This document shows, piece by piece, positions 38,887 through 53,187 of a stretch of DNA of 64,000 nt (its first letter is position 1; each line of letters begins with the position of its first letter). This DNA comes from Lama glama. Lineage: Eukaryota. The notes beneath the pieces were generated by a model that saw only the letters and a list, made by a program, of their open reading frames with translations, was not told where the DNA came from and searched no databases. The position numbers were made by a program, and so were the translations under genes. The DNA lies in contig CM052817.1 of assembly GCA_028534125.1 (NCBI GenBank), positions 85,872,001-85,936,000 on the forward strand, written 5' to 3'.

Positions 38887-40696
38887 TATTCTAGGCATTT
38901 CACTGTAAATATTGGTAAGACTTTTTTTTTTTATGGTAACTTTGATAGCCTTTTGGAAACAGGAATTACATATGGATAAGACCCTGTGCTATCTTACTGC
39001 TAATTATATTTTTCTCCTCCCCGTACACCTCTAGGAGAATTAAAACACCGACTTTCCTTAAAAATTTGGCTCTGTTGAGAACATATTATTCTGTGTAAGT
39101 AAAAATTATTTCATTTTTATTTTGTCATATTCAAAGTTTATCATTGTTTAAATGTCTTAACAATAAAAAGTAGAAATGTAGTTCCATTGGAAAAAAAAAT
39201 GAGAAACAGCTTAACAAATTTTATTTTCCTATGTAGCTACAAGCTTCTGAGGCCTCTGTATTAGATGGCTGGAATTGACTCTTGGAAAAAAAAAATTCTG
39301 TATTTAAAAAAGCTTTAATTTGTTGAGACCTGTTTCTTTGTCTAGTAATTAAATTAAATATTGCATTATATAGTCTTTGTAGTTTTAATGCTATTTTCTC
39401 CCAACTTTATTTTTTGGTTTCTAAATTTGACCTTCTAAATTGGGTAAGAAAACATATTTTCAGTACCATATTAGAGTCCTTACCAGAGCTCCTTTTCATA
39501 GTATCATTGGTTATATGATGATATATATGAGATATTGATAGCCATGTGAAATTTATAATAGCAATTTTTAAGAATGAAAAGAAAAAAAACTAGCCCTACA
39601 GATTTCATAATCCAAATAACATAATGTCGACAAACATAGAATATCCTTTAATAGATTTAAGTTTAGAATTAAGAATAACTGCTTTGTAAAATTCCCAGTA
39701 TGGATCAAAATCTAACATTTCAAAAATATCTCAAAGCTATGAATCAACTTAAAAGTTATCCTTTTTTTCTAAATCTCAAATAGAAACATTCCAAAAAACT
39801 TAATTGTCTGTTTTCTATTATTTCTATGTTATTTCATGCATTTGAAATCTCTTAAAAAATATAATGATATTCAACTTGTAAAAGAGCTTTACATTGATTT
39901 AAGACAGACTTTGCCAAAATACAATTTCTTTTTCTGTAGTTCATACTTTTGTCTAATTAGTGGCCTTTTACTTTTTTCCTCGAGTATATTTTGCATTTCA
40001 TCTCTTCAAACTCATCAGTACTGTTTAATATGGAAATAAAAGGTGAGTCTCAGCATGCTGGACTGCCTTCAGGAAACACTTTCTTTTATTTCACTGTACA
40101 GCATAGCATGGTCTTTACTGTGCATTCACATGAAATGTGACTATGAGTTCTAATAGGTTATAACATTCTACCCCTGTGGTGAAGTTATAGCCTTGCTGTG
40201 ATAAGAAGCAGCATATGTTTTCTACTCTCAACTTGGAAGAATGATTTCCTGACAACCGAGGCTGAGGATGCATCATTAATATGTGACTTAAATTACTTGA
40301 CTGCATTCTTAAGGAAATCAGAATATTGCACCTTTCTTTGAAAATTAAGATTATCTTATTTATGTTTAATGAAACCTCTCAAATATAGTTTAGAAAACTA
40401 ATTGTCCTTTATGTTTTTAAATTGCATAGCTATGCAATCTAATCATGGAATTTATTTGTAATATCCCATGTATTTTTTAATAATATGTTCAAATAAATTA
40501 TTATGAGGAAGTAAAGCTGTTTTTATTTTTTCTTCGTAGTTTACATACTAAAGAACATCCCCTGAGCCTTTTATAAAATTCTTTAGTGAGGATAATGGCC
40601 ACATCTAAACACAAAGTGAGTATATAAAAAATAACATAATATTTGTTCGTTGAAATAATTTATTTATCTGAATCACTCATGGGAGATGATCCTACT

Positions 40697-41620
40697 GATT
40701 CATTCAATAACTATATAAGGAGCAGGGAGGAAAACCTGCGAGGGGGAGAGTAGCAAGTGGTAATGGAGTTGAGGGGCAGTTTTTGTTGGTAGTTATATGA
40801 AGAGAGGGAAGATAACTTAGCACCTCCTAGGCTTTGAATTGGTGATCTATGGGGGAGTTTTGAGATGAGAGACACAACCCAGTTCATGTTAAATAATATC
40901 TTACTGTGTTGAGAAGAAACCTTAAGTAGCAAGTGTGAAAACAAGGTTAGCTGGAAGTGTCTATAATTATACAGGTTAAAGATAAGGGTGTTGAGGGCTG
41001 AGCGATGGAAGGTCATGGAAGCCTGGACGTGTTTTCAAGTGAAGCTTGCCGATTTCCAGGTGAACTGGATATGTGTTATCTGTGTGAAAGAACAAGAAAG
41101 ATGACAGGTGTCTCTGATTTTTTTTTTTTTTGCTTGAGCAGCCAGAAGGATGATGTTGCCAACAACTGAGATAAGGGGAGACTCAAGGTAAAGGAGATCT
41201 TGGGGGGAATATTAGAATTTCATTGATGAACATGTTGAGTTTGAGATCCTCAGACACATACCCAATCTTAGCAGGTGATTGGATAAACCAGTCTTGACAT
41301 GAAACAAGTATGAACACATAAATTTGGGTAAACCAGAACTATAAATCACATAGCCAGGAAGAGATCACCCAGGAAACTTGTGAAGATAGAGAAAAACAGG
41401 ACCAAATTCTGAGATCTCAGAGAGTCCATCATTCTGATATGAGAGTAATGAAAAGGGACTAACAATGAAATTAATGGGATAGAAGTGAGGTCTTCCAAAA
41501 GCCAGGGCAATGCATGAGGGAAAAATTAATGATCAAGTGTATCAAATGTTTGTGATAAATCACTGTTGATTTTGTACAGAAAATTTACCTTTCTGTTTAG
41601 CAATGTTTTGAGATATAGCC
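40697..41620 (-). mobile_element. L2 fragment
   Basis: Starts attcattcaataa (L2 tail). Contains gcttgagcagccagaaggatgatgttgcc...actgagat and gaacatgttgagtttgagatcc. Confidence 0.8.
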
Positions 41621-42999
41621 ACTAAATGGGTGAGTTATTAAACAACTATAATTTTATAGGTATGATTTTATCCAGTACAATTCTGTTAAATTTGTATTAA
41701 CTCAAAGATTATATGAATCAATTAGAGAAACATAAGTCAGTTCATATATAATGATTTAACAGTAACATAATCAAAATCATATTAAAGAATGACAATAATT
41801 TGGGTGTAGTCTTGGATGATTTATAGAACATTCAATTATATTACATTTGTCTTTGGCATTTATAATTGTTAAGAGTTTCCATACAGTATCACTTTCTTTC
41901 ATCATCAAACACAAAATCATCTGCATGCTGGCTCAATTACTTGACAATCTGTACTGCTTATTTCATTAATATGATCAGGTTTTAAAGTATCTTCACTTTA
42001 ACATATTTTAATGTTTTTGAAAAATAAATGCTTGAATAAAAGCAGGATGCATATATCCTACAAAGTAAACACACTTTAATTCTGTTGAATTATATGATAT
42101 TTATTGAGAATCTCTTGTGTGCAAATGTCTACATTAGTTTCTCCAGGAGGTACAAAAGTGAAATTTAAACACAAGAAGCAATAAATTCTATTGTTTCCTT
42201 TGCCCATTACATGGTAATACGAAGGAGACTGAAGAATGGAGAGGGAAGGGAGATAAAAATGTCTTCTGTGAGGTCAACACTTTGGCGGTATTGGATATTT
42301 CCTTTTTGTCATGGTTGTTTTCATCCTCATAGACTTTTACAAAATGTTTAACAAGGTTTTTTTTAATTATTATTATTACTGATCTCCATCTTCATCATTG
42401 CTGCAAACTATAGACATATTTAAATGGTTCTGACAAACACATTACTTAGAAATTAAGCACAGAAAATTATCCTTCTAGGAAAGAGAAGCTAGCATGTAGG
42501 GGTTGATAAATGAGAAACTATTAATCTTACTGTTTGTTTTCTCTGCTTCCTCTGAATTTTCAGCCTTTCTGTCTTTTAAATCTACAATATATTCAAAAGA
42601 AGCTTCTTAAGTTTCTTTCTCTCTATTACCAACCACAGTTTTGGTAAACAAATTATGTGAATTGGTCCATAGGTTATCGAATGCCTTTATTGTTGTGACA
42701 AATGAATCTTTTAGAAAACTAAGCAGTTGGTTTAAATAGATGTGAGTGAGCGATGCTGTGATAAAGAGGTAAAGGTACAATTTCCCTGATACAGAAAAAC
42801 AGTCCTATACATAAAAATGTAGGTACAAGAATAGGAAAAAATGGTGTGGGGTAGAAGAAGAAGTCATCGCTTTTCAACAGTAATAATAATTGTCCTCTAT
42901 TGATGGGTATTATACTTTCTAAAAAAAAAATCTGCTGTCTTCTAAGTTTAGGTTTAGATTTCTTTGTCATATACTAGCTCCTTCATATTAGTTGACCAA

Positions 43000-43420
43000 T
43001 TATGTTTTTTCTCTCTCTGAGTAGCTGTCCTCTCTCAGTGTTCCTCATTTGTAATAAAAACAAACAGTCCCCAAACAGCATTCTCTGCAACTTAACTAGG
43101 CAAACCCTAACAACTATATATTCTTGTTTGCACATGCTTTTCTCAGATGGCTTTCTCATTACATCAGAACATTTACTTTTCTTTTATTCTCAATTATACA
43201 GAAATGCCCACTGATACCAAATCATAGATGCAAAAATTTAATTATTCCACTTTTCCCCAAATTTTACAACCATCATATCTTCTATTATTTGAAACACTAC
43301 ACTTTCTTCTCCACAAAATTATTTTTAATTGCTGACCATATTTCATCTCTGCTCTTAGAAAAGGAATTAGAAGGAAACAGGGAGGTGATACTGCCGACTC
43401 AAGCTCTATTCATTTTCGAG
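43000..43420 (+). mobile_element. Degenerate L2 ORF2 fragment
   Basis: LIADHISSLLLEKELEGNR resembles L2 LSADDLASYFTEKIEAIR. Confidence 0.4.
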
Positions 43421-45194
43421 CCCTGCTGTTAATGCATTTTGTTAAAGAGCAGGTTGCAAATGTGAACCCAGTATATTAATGCAAAAACTATTCATTTGGC
43501 AAAATCATTCATGTGAAAACTGTGTAAGCAAATGATATTGAGTGAACCATTTACTCAGAAGCAAAAGCTGTCACTAATGCTTCATCTATCATATTGCTTA
43601 CAGTTTCTGGATTGGAATATATATTTATATTTTTCTCTAATAATGGAGTATCTCAACACAGAAAGATGTGCCTAATTTAATGGTGGGGTGGGTAGAGAGA
43701 CTTGTTGACTCATGAATTCCAGAATACCACAAAACCTTTTAACTCGAAATGCAATTACTTTTATCCGATCTCACCCCTGATCTCAATCTTGCCCACTCCA
43801 AGCCAGTGGTATACTGGAATCAGTGTTCTGCATGGCAAGAGTATGAAGAATTGAAAGCTTTCTTGCATTTTCTGGAAATCGGGGATTATGAGGAGTTCAG
43901 GGTGCACCAAGTAATCATGACTTGTGGAAACATCTATTAAGAATGACATACTATTGAAACCATTGAGTTAGAGGAAGCTTTAAATTGTTTTGCAAATCCC
44001 TATTTTTACATTTTCTGGTTTTTCACTCACTAAATTCATTACAGCACTTTCTGGTTAAATTTGGCTTTCCTTTATTTTAATGGTATTATTTTTGAATAAG
44101 ATCTTCACCTGATTTTTCTCACACTGATACTTTTAATCTGATACATAAAATACACATATGTATATATTTGCTTAAGATTCTTTTAAGAAATATTGACTGA
44201 GTACCAACTATATGTGGGGCATTGTGACTGGTGGTCATGGCATTGATGGCTTATATTTAGGGTCAGAAAAAATATCAGACATTGTAGATTAAAAGAAGCC
44301 CTTGAACTCATCCAGCCAAAATGCTTAATTTTATCATCAGAAAAGCCCCTTAATATCTTAAGGGATTTCTGACAAGAGAAATTGTCTTTTTTCCTTGTAC
44401 TCAGGTTGTGATCCTTCATTGGCCCTGAGTTTGTTCAGCGCTATTAGCTAGAATTTTTAGCAGTGATCCTTGTATACAATTCTCTCCTCATTTTCACTGT
44501 TTAAAGAAATCATAAAATCTGTAATACTTAGAATGCATTTTGTATCTTAGTAGTCAAGCTGAAAATTGTATGCTTACTTTTTGTTTGTTCTCAAGAATAT
44601 AATGCTATTAGAGGAGAATAGAGTCTCTCCTTTTCCAACAGACAACGGTCAAGTGGAAACTTTTCAATATTGTGGGTCAGAGAGGAGGCAATGAAAACAA
44701 TGCTTATGAAAATACACAAACTCCCAAATTAACTAAATTCCTCAAGCCGCTTTCCACTAATTCTCTTTCTCAACACCTACCTCTCTCCAAAAAAATGACA
44801 ATAAAGTCTAATATATCAGAGGTTAGAAAATAAACTTAAATAATCCCTTTTGGCTCGATTGACGCTGTCGGTCTACATACTATTTCACAGTGATAGAATT
44901 TTCATTTTTGGCACTGTGTGCATACTATATATACAATATACAATGGGTATGTGAAAGTTAGTATTCCGTTAATTTCTCACATGTGGACTGGCTTAAACTC
45001 AGCAAGTTTTACTTTGGTGTATTTTGTGGTATGTATAGTAGCTCCAGGGTACTTTTCAACACCTCTAAAGTTGGTAGTAATTTACTAAGCCCATATATGT
45101 ATTTAAAATACTATGCTCCCTGGAAGTAAATGGAAGTTGCTGGGATAAGAATAATAATGTTTATTTTTAACTATTTTGTTTCTATTTCTGAAAC

Positions 45195-45392
45195 TTCATT
45201 GTGTAATTTACATATGCTATCTCATTTAATAGGAATTTATTAGACAGAAAATTTTGTCTTCATTTTATAGATGAAGAAAATTAATATATAAAACATTAAT
45301 TTATATATCCAATAAAAATGGGCTTATTCTAATTTTGGACTTAGATTTGTGCTTCCTCAGAGTTGTATAATATTTGACCACATACTATGTCG
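45195..45392 (-). mobile_element. MIR SINE, degenerate
   Basis: atctcatttaat...cattttatagatgaagaaa, the MIR core in reverse orientation. Confidence 0.7.
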
Positions 45393-45599
45393 TATTTCAG
45401 GGTAGAAAATATTGTCTCAATCAAAGTAAAAATTTTGCTGTAATAACCATTCTTAGCTGCAAGCAATCATCAGTTACAATCTTAAGTCCAACACAATAAT
45501 TCAGAAATTTTAAAAAACCTTAGAAACTATTTCAAAGTATATTTTGCCCATAAAAAAAAAGATTAATATGTTGGGTTTCTCAATAACAGGTTTTGATTC

Positions 45600-47000
45600 T
45601 AATTCCTGATATGGTGGACTAAAATCTAACTGGTATATCATTTACTGTAAAACAAATGAACAAACCAAAAAGCATGCAGATAATGCAGAAGTCCTGGAGA
45701 GGGCACAGAAGCAGAAAGACTGATGGAGGGTACACACGTGCTTTGAGGAGACATGGGGAAGTGAACAAGCCCCTGCATGTCTCTGTGGGTCTTAATCTGC
45801 AACCAGAAGCAGTCACATGGTGAATATAGTGCCTGCGAGGTGCACACTGGGAAGATCAGGTTTTCTCGCCTAGAAAACCAGAAAGAGAAGCTGTGTAACT
45901 ATGAACATTAAAAAGATCAGAAGAATTTCAGAAAGGAAAGACCTAGCGGGGTTTTCCAAACCAGGCCCCTCCACATTTTGACCTACAACTAAAAAACTGT
46001 CGCAAGTGTCACTCACCAGCCAGTCCTACAAGGACGAAATCACCAGCCACGGCAGCTGCTGGCCTCTAACACACCCTGAGAGGAGTTCAGGCTGGAGACG
46101 GGGAAGGAGGCACTCTGTGCTCTGGGAAAAACTGGCCGAACGAGGCTGCAGAGTTAGATACTTTCAGGAGAGAATGTTATGAACCCAGTTGCTTGCATCT
46201 CCTCATGTGTAGAAAAGCACTAAAATTATGACTGGAGTCGTCTCCTCATGACTGGCAGCAACCTTTTACTGAGATGCGTGATTGATTGCGGGTACCCCCT
46301 TTGCCAGAATCACATATATACTGACCTCTCCCCTTATTTCTTCTGAGCAGTTCCTCAGAGCTCTCTGAGAGGCTGCGTCCCAGGCTATGGTCCTCTGTAG
46401 ATCCTTAAATAAAACTGAAACTCACAGGTCTCAGATTGTGCTTTTCCTTTTTTTTCTTAAATTCAACAGTAGACTGAACCTTGAACCATAGATGAAACAG
46501 ATTCAAACCAGCCTGGCTGAAATATCTGGATCTGAACTGAGAAGAGAGACGCTGCTTAAGAAATAGTCCACGATTTAAGCCTAGCCAAACATGTCTTGCC
46601 AAAATTAAGAAAACAATGCTGACAAAGAAAAAATAACAGCATGTAGAATCCCCACAACTTAACCTTTTTAATATCAGGGACACAATCAAAATTAACTGAA
46701 ATATTAAGAAACAAAAAAATGGGACATTCTTAAGAGCAAAGAATGCTAATTGAGTCCAGAAGCTAAGTGTCCAAAAATGCTAATTGAGGTATCTCAGCTG
46801 AAATAAACAAGATGTTGACGCTAGCAGACAAACATCTTACAGCATCTTTTGTAACTATTTTCAGTTGAACCTGGTTTCAGTGAATGCAAATATCACAAAG
46901 GACTCTGAAATCTCAGGAGAGAAATCGAGACAACAAAAAAGAGCCAAATGGATATTACTGGACTAAAAAATATTGTTAATAAAATAACCAACCAAAAGCT
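45600..47000 (+). mobile_element. Old L1 5' UTR and ORF1 start, interrupted by an LTR
   Basis: KMLTLADKHLTASFVTIF (~46809) and NLRREIETTKKSQMDITGLKNIV (~46909) resemble L1M ORF1 QMLELADKDFKAAIITMF and NLSREIETIKKNQMEILELKNTI. The 5' boundary is uncertain. Confidence 0.7.
45998..46468 (+). mobile_element. Solo ERV1 LTR, LTR39/MER39-like
   Basis: TG...CA ends. gagcagttcctcagagctctctgagaggctg..cccaggctatggtcctc and AATAAA at ~46408. Several CpGs kept. No clean TSD. Confidence 0.8.
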
Positions 47001-47728
47001 GAGATTGAAAAAAAAGATCAATGCCACCCTCAGGCTGTTATCCTTGAAGTTAAACTTGTTTAGGTCACATAACAATAAAATGCAAATGAAATGGTGCTTC
47101 AGCTTGCAGTAGAAAGTGTTCAGACAAGATCAAGCTCAGTGATCTTCTGTCAAAAGAAAGCTAACATCAAAGTTTTCTCTTACTAATTTGAGTTTTGAAG
47201 ATATTGAATAAAGTAGGAGTGCTGTTAGAAAGGGTGAAAAATGTTATTGAGCAAGATTAAAGAGATGGGATGATGAAGCAGTTCAGTTCTCTCATTAGTT
47301 ATATTTTAAAATTCAAGACTGAATGTATGCATATGAAGAATGTGCACTTATGATAAAAAGTCAGGAAGCATCTCAATATCAGAAATCAGGAGTGAGGATA
47401 AATCAATTCACAAATGATGAGCATGTTTTAAAAATAACAACAAGAAGGAGATAAAGTTTATGGGATTTCAGAAGATGAATGATTCTTATTAGATGACAAA
47501 GAGTGGGTATTTAAGAGACGTGAAGATCTGCTAAGTTGTCTTAGAGGCTAATAAAGTTAGTGTCATCCTTAAAGACTAGTAATTAGCAATACAGCTGCCA
47601 AATGTAGAAGAATGCATTTCACTCCTCTGTATTTTGAAAACTATGATTCTAGTTTTGCTATTAGGACCAAGTGCATAATGTTATATTTATGGATATATTT
47701 TGAAGTATACTTGTAACTATTTCAATAA

Positions 47729-48390
47729 TGTGATCTCCCAACAGTTTTTGATTGAAAGATTAGTGAATTTTTAATTCCATAGCATAGAGAAATAAAACTT
47801 CCCTAGATCTCTCAGTGCTTCTGCAAAGTCCTAGACTCCTGAGACTCTTCATGTAACCCAAGAATTGTGTCTGCAGCCATTTGTCTACAGAATTACTTTG
47901 ATGATACGAGGGATAATTAGATCCTTTACCTCCCCGAGAAAAGACAAATGCTTACAGCTCAGACTAGGTCCCAAAATTAAGCTCTGGGGGTTAGGATGCC
48001 TAGGAAGCCAGCTTTCTAGGTCTTTACTTGTAAAATGGACAAACTCCCAAAACTTGCAGATGTCCTTATATCTCAAAGAGGAGACCTGGACTCTCTGGCT
48101 CCTGCACATTTTACACACCAATAAATGACTCCGGTCTCTCATGTTTTCAAGAAGACCCCCCTCCTTTTTTTCATAAGCAAAATTGTTTCTCTTAATCCTC
48201 ATCTATGCAATACTGGATGATTCTCATAGGATATGTGGCATAGTTCTTTACGTGTCAGCCAGGAGTAAGTTTTGGGGCATGGGGTACAACACAGTTCTTT
48301 ACTGTGAAGTAATTAATAATAAATCCATCTCTGATCCAGAACATCTCCTGTATATATTAGATTGATGTGGATGAGATTAATAAATATATA
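47729..48390 (+). mobile_element. Solo LTR, probably ERVL MER74/MER88-like
   Basis: TG start. aataaatccatctctgatccagaacatctc resembles the MER74-group AATAAA...TCTCTGACCCAGGAGTCTC motif. Confidence 0.55.
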
Positions 48391-50644
48391 TATTAAAAGT
48401 CCAAAACATAAGTATTGTGAAAATGTCCACCAGAAAAATGATATCAAACTAATTTTCCTACCAAAATAACATGAGAACATCCTACACAAATAATATTTTA
48501 AGTTAGATTATATTATATTAATGTATATTTTAATTAAATTATATTATATATAAATATATTGATCATATAAGAACATTCAGATTAAATTAATATGATAAAA
48601 ATAAATTATATTTTCACTATGGTGAAAACTGATATCACATTTTAATTTTTGTTATGTTTCCCAAAATATAAAAATAATTATGGTAGTTATGAGATTCATG
48701 TTGATGCCATTTTGTTGAAAATAACTTCATCTTTTCAGATGCATTACTATTGCAACAGGGGATAACTTTTGACCACTGTTACAATTCAGAATAGAGCATT
48801 TTGCTTCTGATGGATGAATTAGTGTAGTTTTTTCACTGTCTCTCCACTTTTTTCTTTTCAACTCAGATACATTTTATATTTGTGGGAATTATTTTTTGTT
48901 TCATTGTCATTAAACCAGGATTTATTAATAATATATATATCCTTAATGTTTATATATAGGATGTATATTTTACATATATATTATATATTTTAGACCATGT
49001 ACTATAACTGGAAGCTCAGCTTTTTATATTATTCATAAAAACAGTCACAAAGAAGAAATATATTTTGACTATAGACAGAGTAGTAGAACCTTCCTGAAAC
49101 CCCTTCTTGTCTATCCTACCCTTAGTTTTTCGTTTTCTCCCTCAGAACCTTGTGATATTTTCATTTAGTCTACTTATTCTTCTAAGTCCTTGTTAATTAC
49201 TGGAGTTTTACTTTCACTTTTCCTCTCTAAATTTCTTTCTAGACAGGAACACAAAACCCTGACATCACTGGGTTTTCTATTCTTCCATCAGACATGAGTT
49301 AGTACTGATCACCTGCGTTTGAAACATTTTCTTTTCCTCCAACTACAGTACCTTGAGCCCTCTCAACGTACTTCTCTCCAACAATAGCAATAGAGAGTAT
49401 TTCCCAGAATTTTCCTTGATAACATTTTCTTCTATACTGAATCCATGAGCTATAGATAGAACCACACTGTGAGGTAATGAACCAGGTGTATTACTACACT
49501 TTTGTACCACTATGACTTTTGTCTACTGCTATATTAGTACATTTCTAGCAAATTCCTCTTTTTTTTTTAAATAAAGTAACCACTAGGTTTTGAATAGGAG
49601 AAATTTTGTTAATTGACTTTATCCACATTTTTTTCTCAGATGAATTCCCCAGAGAGCTTTCCAGGTTTGTTTGTTGTTTTTTGTTGTTCTTTTGTTTTTC
49701 TAATTTGATCAATCTGTCTTCTGTGGCTGAAACTTCCAGGGGTTCGTTATTTGTATTGTTTTCTTTTTCATTCTTTTTTCTTTTTTCCCCCCTCTATTCA
49801 GGCCCAAGACGATGTCCTCTGCATTTCCCCAACCCCTCACTGAACAATTTAGGTTAAGCTCTAGGACTTGTTCATCACTTGATGGTCTTAGATCAGTGAG
49901 ATTTGGGTCAATGTGAGAAAAAAAGCAAAACAAAACTCTTCTAAGATTCTTCACCTGTGTTCTAATCTCTGCCTCATAAAACCGGGGAAATAAAATCCAA
50001 GTGTGCAGTTTTACAGAACTGCCTTGTGTAATATTGGCTTTTGCGTTCCAAGTTTTCAGATATCTTCCTGGATATAGAATATCTCTTCTCAATTTGTTAT
50101 ACTTCTTTTTTGTTTTTTTCTCCCTATTTTTCACTATTTTCTAAACTATTTTCTCCTTTCAAAGAAATTGTGTACATATGCATGTGTGCTGGTGTGTGTG
50201 TCTGTACTTACTGGGTATTTTTTTTTTGCTTGAGGTGTGCCTTAGAATAACTTAGTTCCCCATCACATGAATAAGAAGAAACAGAAGCTAGGATTGTTTT
50301 CAATGTTAACTCTTGAAAGGTTGTAGGAAAATAGTGACTTACTACAGAGACACAGACAGAGAGGGGGTTTATCAGCTTAAAAAGATAAATCGGGCCACGT
50401 AAAGAAGTAAGAATAAGAATGCTAAGGAGAAGAGTCCACACAACGAGAAAAAGAAAACCAGACATTTTAAGGAGAATATGATCAACAGAATGAAAAAAGA
50501 TAATGGGTTCATGAAAGAAATGATAGATATTCTAGGTATTGAGCAGAATGGGGTGGTATAGGATAAATGAAGGGCAGAATGATGAGGAGACGTGAACAAT
50601 CATGTCAAATTCTAAAGACATTTCATTATTTTCTCGGTGAGCAA

Positions 50645-50830
50645 ATTAGTGCAGCAATATTTATTGTAGTACTATTATGTTTCAGGTTGTGAAGAAAAAT
50701 AAGATAGACTCCCTAGCCTCAAAGGGCTTACAGCTAATAGATAAAAGTGGACAACTATAAATGTAAATAGGCTAAAGAATCATTATTCCTGTGGGAAAAA
50801 TGTGTAAATAACACAGGAAAGAAGAATACT
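50645..50830 (-). mobile_element. L2 3' fragment
   Basis: aatatttattgtagtactattatgtttcagg...aataagatagactccctagcctcaaagggcttacagcta. Confidence 0.7.
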
Positions 50831-51569
50831 ACTCATACTTTTTGTTGTTGAGATTTGAGGTTTGAAGTTAAGAAAGAAACATTGGAACTATGTGAAGGGT
50901 GTCCAAAACTAACTAAATCTTATTAGTGTTAGAAATTCATTGAAGAAGTTTTAAAAAGTTGTTTTGGCCAAGAGTTGGGGAATAAGACAAATTCAAATAA
51001 GTGAGCAGGCTCGAGAGTGTGATAAAGAGGGTTTAATCAAGCATTCTAAGGCTGTGAACTTAGAATTCTCTACCTGGACACAAATGGGACTGATTTTTTG
51101 ATTGACTGGCTAACGTAATCCCTTAAGCAGTTATGTGTACAGGCCTCGGCTATGGATATATATCCAGAAGTATATCTATAGATCATCAAAATAGTATGAA
51201 ACACTTTTTTTTTCTTTTTACATAACAAGCTTGGCATGTCTCACTAGCATCCTCCTACATGCAGTGAGAAAAGGAACAGACCGTATTAAAAATGCATTTG
51301 AATATAAACATTTGTGTCTGAGATTATCCTAATGTACACAGAGCAATTAAAATATTTATGCCATCTTATATGTAATTTATTCAAAGAAAATCAATATAAG
51401 AACTACTGAGAAAACAACCTATTTCCTCAAGGAGCTGTTACAATGCCAGGATGGGAGCAGTGGCATGGTGGTGTCCTGAAGGTTGATGTAAAACTGTGGC
51501 TTTGAGTCCTGAGTCTACAGAGTCCTGAGTTTATTTGCTTCATGGCTTTGGATGTATAACCTATATCAT

Positions 51570-51574
<5 letters not shown>

Positions 51575-51602
<28 letters not shown>
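51575..51602. repeat. (TG)14 microsatellite
   Basis: Read directly. Confidence 0.95.
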
Positions 51603-51606
<4 letters not shown>

Positions 51607-51688
51607 TAGTAAGACAATGCACATTTACTTCTTAACATAGACGTAAGGATAGGAGGATGTTTTGCACCCTCTTTTACGTTTTGGGTGT

Positions 51689-51822
51689 TCTGCCTTGTTT
51701 TCCTTAGTAAACCTCATCGTGTTATGTGATAAACACCTGTCTGACAGGCAGACTTACTGAGGGCTCCAGAGCCAATCTGCACATTAAATAGTAGCAAAGT
51801 TTATTATTTTCATGGTAGGCAT
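51689..51822 (+). repeat. Copy A of an old local direct duplication
   Basis: Aligns with 53188-53320: tctgcc..ccttag.aaacct..tgtga..acacctgtct.ac.ggcagac.tactgag.gctccagag.caa..gtaggcat. Confidence 0.9.
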
Positions 51823-52544
51823 TGAGTGCTGAGCAAAGGACTTTACAAATGGCACTATGATCATTGTAACTGGTATAATTGGTGTATGATGCTCACACAT
51901 AGTGATGTGGTAAGCAGGTCTTTCAGAAAGTTACTTATTTTGCCACAAGACCATTTCAAATGTTTCTAAATGTAAACTTCTCTCTAGCAAAAAATTATTT
52001 TCTGAGTTCGTTGAAGACTATCATGAAAAGGTACCTATCTCTTTTCTATACTGTCATCAGACTTTAGGTCGACAATGGAACTTAGCTCTCACTTCCTTTA
52101 GAGATGTCATATTGGTATGGTGATGAGGAACTGGTAGCTCTAAACACAACAGCCTCTGTTTGAAATTTAATAATCTTCAATTAAGGGCTTTAATGAGCCA
52201 GTTATTATTGGTTAGGTTAAGTGTTATAATTAGTAATTCTTGCTTATTATGGCTTCTCATATTGCTCTTGGAGGAACCCCGTGTTACTGAAAAGTGGTCC
52301 GGTCAAATATTGTTTGTAACAAATACTCTTCTGCTGCAGTAACTAGTTACACAATATTAGACCCTTGGTATCTTGGGTCCTTGATAGGGATGTTAATTTC
52401 TATCCTGCACTGTTGGTGTGGAAGTTCAAATAAATGTACTAAAGAATCACTATATAGTAGACACTTGGTGAAAAATAGCTATTATTAATACCTCTTTGGA
52501 CAAACAAAGAGATAGAAGAGCTTGATAATACAGAGCTAATGTGC

Positions 52545-52735
52545 ACAAATATTGTATCAGAATATCCTGGGCAGCACAGAAAGTTCACAGGGGCATGATA
52601 GGATATTTTAAAATTTCAAGGAAGCACAGTGACTTTTGATGTCCACTGTATGGATTTGAATTCAAGGTCACAGATTTAATATTAAATTGGGCCATTACTT
52701 TCAATTATCTTATATCTTTGCAAAACAGAGTTTGT
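52545..52735 (+). mobile_element. hAT-Charlie DNA transposon fragment, MER119-like
   Basis: gttcacaggggcatgataggatattttaaaatttcaaggaagcacagtgac...atatctttgcaaa matches the remembered MER119 5' part. Confidence 0.6.
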
Positions 52736-53187
52736 AAGGGCTGCACATTTTTTACGTATTTTTCTTAAAAGCATATTATTTTTGTAAAGGCCTTACATTT
52801 ACTATTATCAAACAATATTTCAATGCATGATGTAAGATGTTTCTTTTTAATGTTAGTAGACCAAAAAAAAAAACTTTAAATCATTTTGATTTTTCCAGTT
52901 TCTTAGATGATGCATTCAATCATATGTGGTTAAATTTATCATACTGAGAAAAGCACGTATAAGTTGCTGGAAAATACATTTTGCTTTTTTGGGGGAGGCA
53001 GATGGGAGTGTTTGCTTATTTATTTTAGCATTACTGGTATTTTCCAGAATTCTTTGCAGATCTTTTTTAAGCCATTTTTTTCAGATATACTATTAATAAA
53101 ATTAATCTGGTACATAAAAATGCATTATATCATCACATGCTAACATGAATAAAATATGATGATACTTTTGGTACCTATTTTGAGCTA

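Noticed and set aside
49709..50134. 141-aa minus-strand ORF, the longest outside the gap
   Set aside because: Lys/Phe-rich product of A/T runs, with no domain, splice or promoter support.
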